This document shows, piece after piece, positions 61,201-64,000 of a stretch of DNA of 64,000 nucleotides. The DNA is from an uncultured virus (IMG/VR IMGVR_UViG_3300000304_000038). Taxonomy: Duplodnaviria > Heunggongvirae > Uroviricota > Caudoviricetes. How positions within the stretch are numbered: position 1 is the first letter of the stretch; each line of letters begins with the position of its first letter. Below the pieces are notes generated by a model that was given only the letters and a program-made list of their open reading frames with translations, searched no databases and had not been told where the DNA came from. The position numbers and the translations under genes were made by a program. The stretch lies in IMG/VR virus record IMGVR_UViG_3300000304_000038. The stretch is one strand, 5' to 3'.

Positions 61201-61318
61201 GCCCAGCTTTCAATCCATCGCGTGCGTCTGGGAAGGCACGATTGGTGTTTGTGTCGTAAGAGAAGTCAATAAAGTTTTGACTTACCTCTTGGACAACATC
61301 TATTGATTCGTTAGTCAA
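58297..61318 (-). CDS. gyrA: Type IIA topoisomerase subunit A, two exons (61318-61091, 60156-58297)
   Basis: 'RAFPD.RDGLK..QR', 'KSA', spliced 'PHG|TQAIY', catalytic 'AADRYTE', 'PDFPTG'. Confidence 0.92.
60157..61090 (-). mobile_element. Group I intron in gyrA
   Basis: GGU| ... AUUG|; GCAGAGCATA / AGATATGCC P7 pair. Confidence 0.85.
60386..61036 (-). CDS. Intron-encoded LAGLIDADG homing endonuclease
   Basis: 'AYWLGFILADG', 'YVRGIFDGDG', 'YLDRK'. Confidence 0.9.
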   Translation of the reverse strand: MRYSYNTNAFDRIQNEQDAYWLGFILADGYVSDSDKKPLLQIKLAHKDKRHLEKFAKYLGYNSNHIIKDCSGGAYTQDNLCHVIKISNKNIVQNLSQYGLSGAKSGKEIPTILGDNNLAAAYVRGIFDGDGYISTYDDRIGIVGSFETCLYVKNFFEKTLIEKIPNNILKHGTIYRFNITSKKLANRALDILYQHADIYLDRKYQLYLKRKNCVPC

Positions 61319-63424
61319 TTCGTGCCTCCTCTGAATGTTCTAGAATGAACTTTACTCTTGGTTCAACCGCCTTACCATAAAGGTCTTGGAATAGTTGATT
61401 AGTTGTAGGAACGTCATCGACAGTAAGCTGGACAATATGTCTTGTATTGGAATCCAATAGACATTCTGAGAGTTCGCTGCTGTCCATCTCTCCCAAGCCT
61501 TTCAGGCGATTTATTGATTGAATATTTTTATATTTTGCTTTATACGATTGCAAAGCATTATCATCTTTCAAATAGACATATTTATTCTTTGTGGTTGTGA
61601 CTTTATACAGAGGGGGTACGGCGGAATAGACATGACCATTGATAATTAGCTCAGGACAAAGATTCCAAAGAACATTGAATAGCAAATTCTCTATCGCAAA
61701 GCCGTCAAAATCCAGTAATGCTTATATTGCTATAAGACTTAGACTATATCTTTCCTACTAGAATAGTAAGGGTATTGTTTCGGATTACGTATCAATAGCA
61801 ATCCTACTCCCCCGTTTCGGGGATAGTCGTTACAGGTTTTTATTTCCCACGGGATTGCCTTATAAAAGGTTCCCCCGTTAGCAATAAATATTACCTCAGC
61901 GATAACTGAAAAAATACAACACAGCCAATTTTATTTAGCATCACAGCAAGCGATAATTTTTCCATATCTTAGTTTATCTTTGTCGTATACCATCTTACCC
62001 GTTTGCGGATTATAATCAAGACCAAGAGCCACAACTAAATTGTTGATTTCTTGATTCTTCATAATTGCATTTGCGGCTGCTTTGAGTACGTTTAGAATTT
62101 TTCCTCGTACACCATATACTGCTTGAAACTCGGAAGAACGACCAGCTACAAGCCCTGATTTTGCTGAGTCTCCTTCGCAGACGAGCAGCTCACATTTGTC
62201 TCTATTCTTTGACCAACAATCAGTAAGCTTTGTCGGCATCTTGAATACTTTGTCTTTTTTCTCTGCCTTTTGCCGCACAGCTTCTCTTGCCTTCTTTGCG
62301 GCCTCAGCAGCTCGTCTAGCAAGAAGAGCCTTCTCAATGATAACCTTACCATCTTGCGGGTTATTGTCTAACCAAATCTCTAACGCATTGCTAAATACCT
62401 CGTTTATAAACGGATTATCTGCGGTACTAGTTACTCTTACCTTTGTTTGAGAGTCATATCTGATATCTTTAGATACTAAATTGAATACAATTATCATACC
62501 CTCTTGAAGAACAGAACCAGACAGAGTTTCTTTAGGCTTTAGTAAACCTTGTTCTTGCCCCCATTTATTGAGTGTTTTGGTAATAGTTCCTTTGACGCTT
62601 GTAATCGGAGTACCAGCTTCAATCGGAGCATAATTGCAAAAAGCAATAATGTTTCCACCATTATCAGAAACAGTCAATCCTAAGTTCAATCTACGATAAT
62701 CTTTAGTTTCATCTAAAATAAAACGGCTTGTGAGGATTTCTACTTTACTCTTCGTTTCATATTCAAGATAATCATTTAGCCCTTCTGGGTGGGCAATTTC
62801 TTTTCCGTTGAAAATATAAGTAAGATTAGGGCAAACACAAGTAATCTTATGTGCATTTTCCAAAAGAAGAGATTCATTTGGAATTGCGCTATCAAAAAAT
62901 TCCTCGCTTGGTTGGAATTCTACAATAACGCCATGTTCGTTCTTATCACACCTACCGGTTTCTCTGCGTGCGAATTTTCCTTCATCGAAAAAGACCTTCT
63001 CAAAGATTCCATCTCGTTTTGTGGTAGCAATAAGATAGTGCGAAAGATAACAAGTTAGAGCGGCACCAATACCAAAAGCTCCAGTAGAAACTTTATATAC
63101 AGCATCTTCATCTTTATTGAATTTCCCAGAAGAATTTACCTCTCCATAGACTAACTCTAGAGTAGTTTTATCTCCTTGTTTATTGTTTGGAAGAATACCC
63201 TGTCCCCAGTCTTGTACTGTAACAATATTTTTTTCGCTGTCTATAGTAACGGATATTTTATCGCAATTGCCAGCAAGATGTTCATCTACTGCATTAGAAA
63301 CGATTTCTGTTACTAGTTGGGTTGAATCTACGGTAGAGCCACAGTATACATCTGGCCTATGGCGACAAAACGTTAAAGGGTCCATTCTTTGAATAGAATC
63401 TTTATGATAAGTATTATGATTCAT
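61311..63424 (-). CDS. gyrB: Type IIA topoisomerase subunit B, two exons (63424-61937, 61712-61311)
   Basis: GHKL 'EIVSNAVDE', 'D.G.GI', 'EGDSA', 'RGKILN', spliced 'DA|DFDG', 'KGLGEM'. Confidence 0.93.
61713..61936 (-). ncRNA. ORF-less 224-nt group I intron in gyrB
   Basis: GCU| ... ACUG|; AATCCCGTG, GTAACGACTA, ATATAGTCT. Confidence 0.88.
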
Positions 63425-64000
63425 AAATGACCCCTCTTTCTATTAAATACTCTATATCAAGATTATCATAGTCTGTATAGGGGATTGTTATTAACTTTAG
63501 ATTATGACTACAATAAAATTGTTTTTTCCAGTTATCCCTGTTTTTAAGTTTCTTGAACCCTTCTTCTCCGCCAAAATATTCAATTGGACGATAATGCTGT
63601 TCGCCATTATATTCAATAACTATACTTTGATTCGGCAAATAGAAATCTGCAAAGCAGCATCTCGTCGTATCGGGATGCTTAAAAGTTTTATTAAAATTTT
63701 CTTGTTGAGAAAAATATATCCCCATATTTTGTAAAATACTTTTAACTTTATTTTCTCCCTTAGAGACAGTGCATTTTCCACAACTTTGTTGCCCGTTTTT
63801 TCTAAGAAGAAAGGCAATAGGAACTTGAATAATATTTCCGCAATCACATTCAGCTGAACATAACAAGCCTTGATTAGTAGCTCTATCATCCTTAAGAATT
63901 TCTATCACTACTAATTTACCAAATCTTTCACCAACATAAGATAATGCGCGTCTATATGTTGCACATTGAGGACAATATTTCACATGCCCGCTTTTTAGAC
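63414..64000 (-). CDS. Free-standing Zn-finger / DUF559-like endonuclease (5' end probably outside the window)
   Basis: 'FGKLVV...CDCG...SCG', 'SKGE', 'DFYLP....IEYNGEQHY', 'D..K..F......I.Y'. Confidence 0.75.
   Translation of the reverse strand, partial: LKSGHVKYCPQCATYRRALSYVGERFGKLVVIEILKDDRATNQGLLCSAECDCGNIIQVPIAFLLRKNGQQSCGKCTVSKGENKVKSILQNMGIYFSQQENFNKTFKHPDTTRCCFADFYLPNQSIVIEYNGEQHYRPIEYFGGEEGFKKLKNRDNWKKQFYCSHNLKLITIPYTDYDNLDIEYLIERGVIYES

Noticed and set aside
35685..63424. Fragmented nrdD, dnaE, dnaB, gyrA and gyrB as pseudogenes or intein-split genes
   Set aside because: Precise U|...G| excision restores conserved motifs, and no intein C/S...HN ends were seen.
885..63889. Many antisense or overlapping ORFs in the track (e.g. 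18145-18837, 29668-30270, 30520-31197)
   Set aside because: Shadow frames of real genes, with no RBS or recognisable motifs.
1..64000. TAG stop-codon reassignment
   Set aside because: Genes are full length in code 11 and many end in TAG right before the next RBS. The splits are explained by introns, and the dnaE TAG also needs a frame change.
1..64000. CRISPR arrays, tRNA or rRNA genes
   Set aside because: No regularly spaced repeats or cloverleaf/T-loop signatures were noticed in the short intergenic regions (by eye only).

Overview
This is a 64-kb fragment of a large tailed dsDNA phage genome (Caudoviricetes, siphovirus-like; a Gram-positive anaerobic host is inferred). Two convergent arms meet at a bidirectional terminator at about 31.8 kb. 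The + arm (1-31.8 kb) is the late module: tape-measure C-terminus, tail/baseplate proteins, a tail fibre, four tandem Gp10_C-like tail-tip paralogues, a second fibre cluster, holin and an amidase-SH3-CW_7 endolysin. The - arm (31.8-64 kb) carries replication and nucleotide metabolism: gyrB, gyrA, SSB, AAA ATPase, DnaB, primase, RecJ, DNA MTase, DnaE, guanylate kinase, a radical SAM gene with two 'FETNSSSTH' proteins, NrdD/NrdG, dUTPase, a FolD-like protein and RuvC. Seven group I introns split nrdD (2), dnaE (2), dnaB, gyrA and gyrB, and five of them carry homing endonucleases. Most unusual: (1) the tail-tip array at 20.8-23.0 kb, with poly-G tracts (two out of frame), short leader ORFs, RBS-occluding hairpins and about 1-kb long-range inverted repeats that compete with those hairpins, a candidate phase-variable RNA-relay switch for receptor-binding tips; (2) a 7-nt TCT-TAG-G-TCT interruption in the dnaE PHP motif that resembles a ribosomal hop site; (3) the radical SAM plus FETNSSSTH module; (4) strong GCCGCA enrichment and TTAA avoidance. 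All calls were made by eye, with no database searches.
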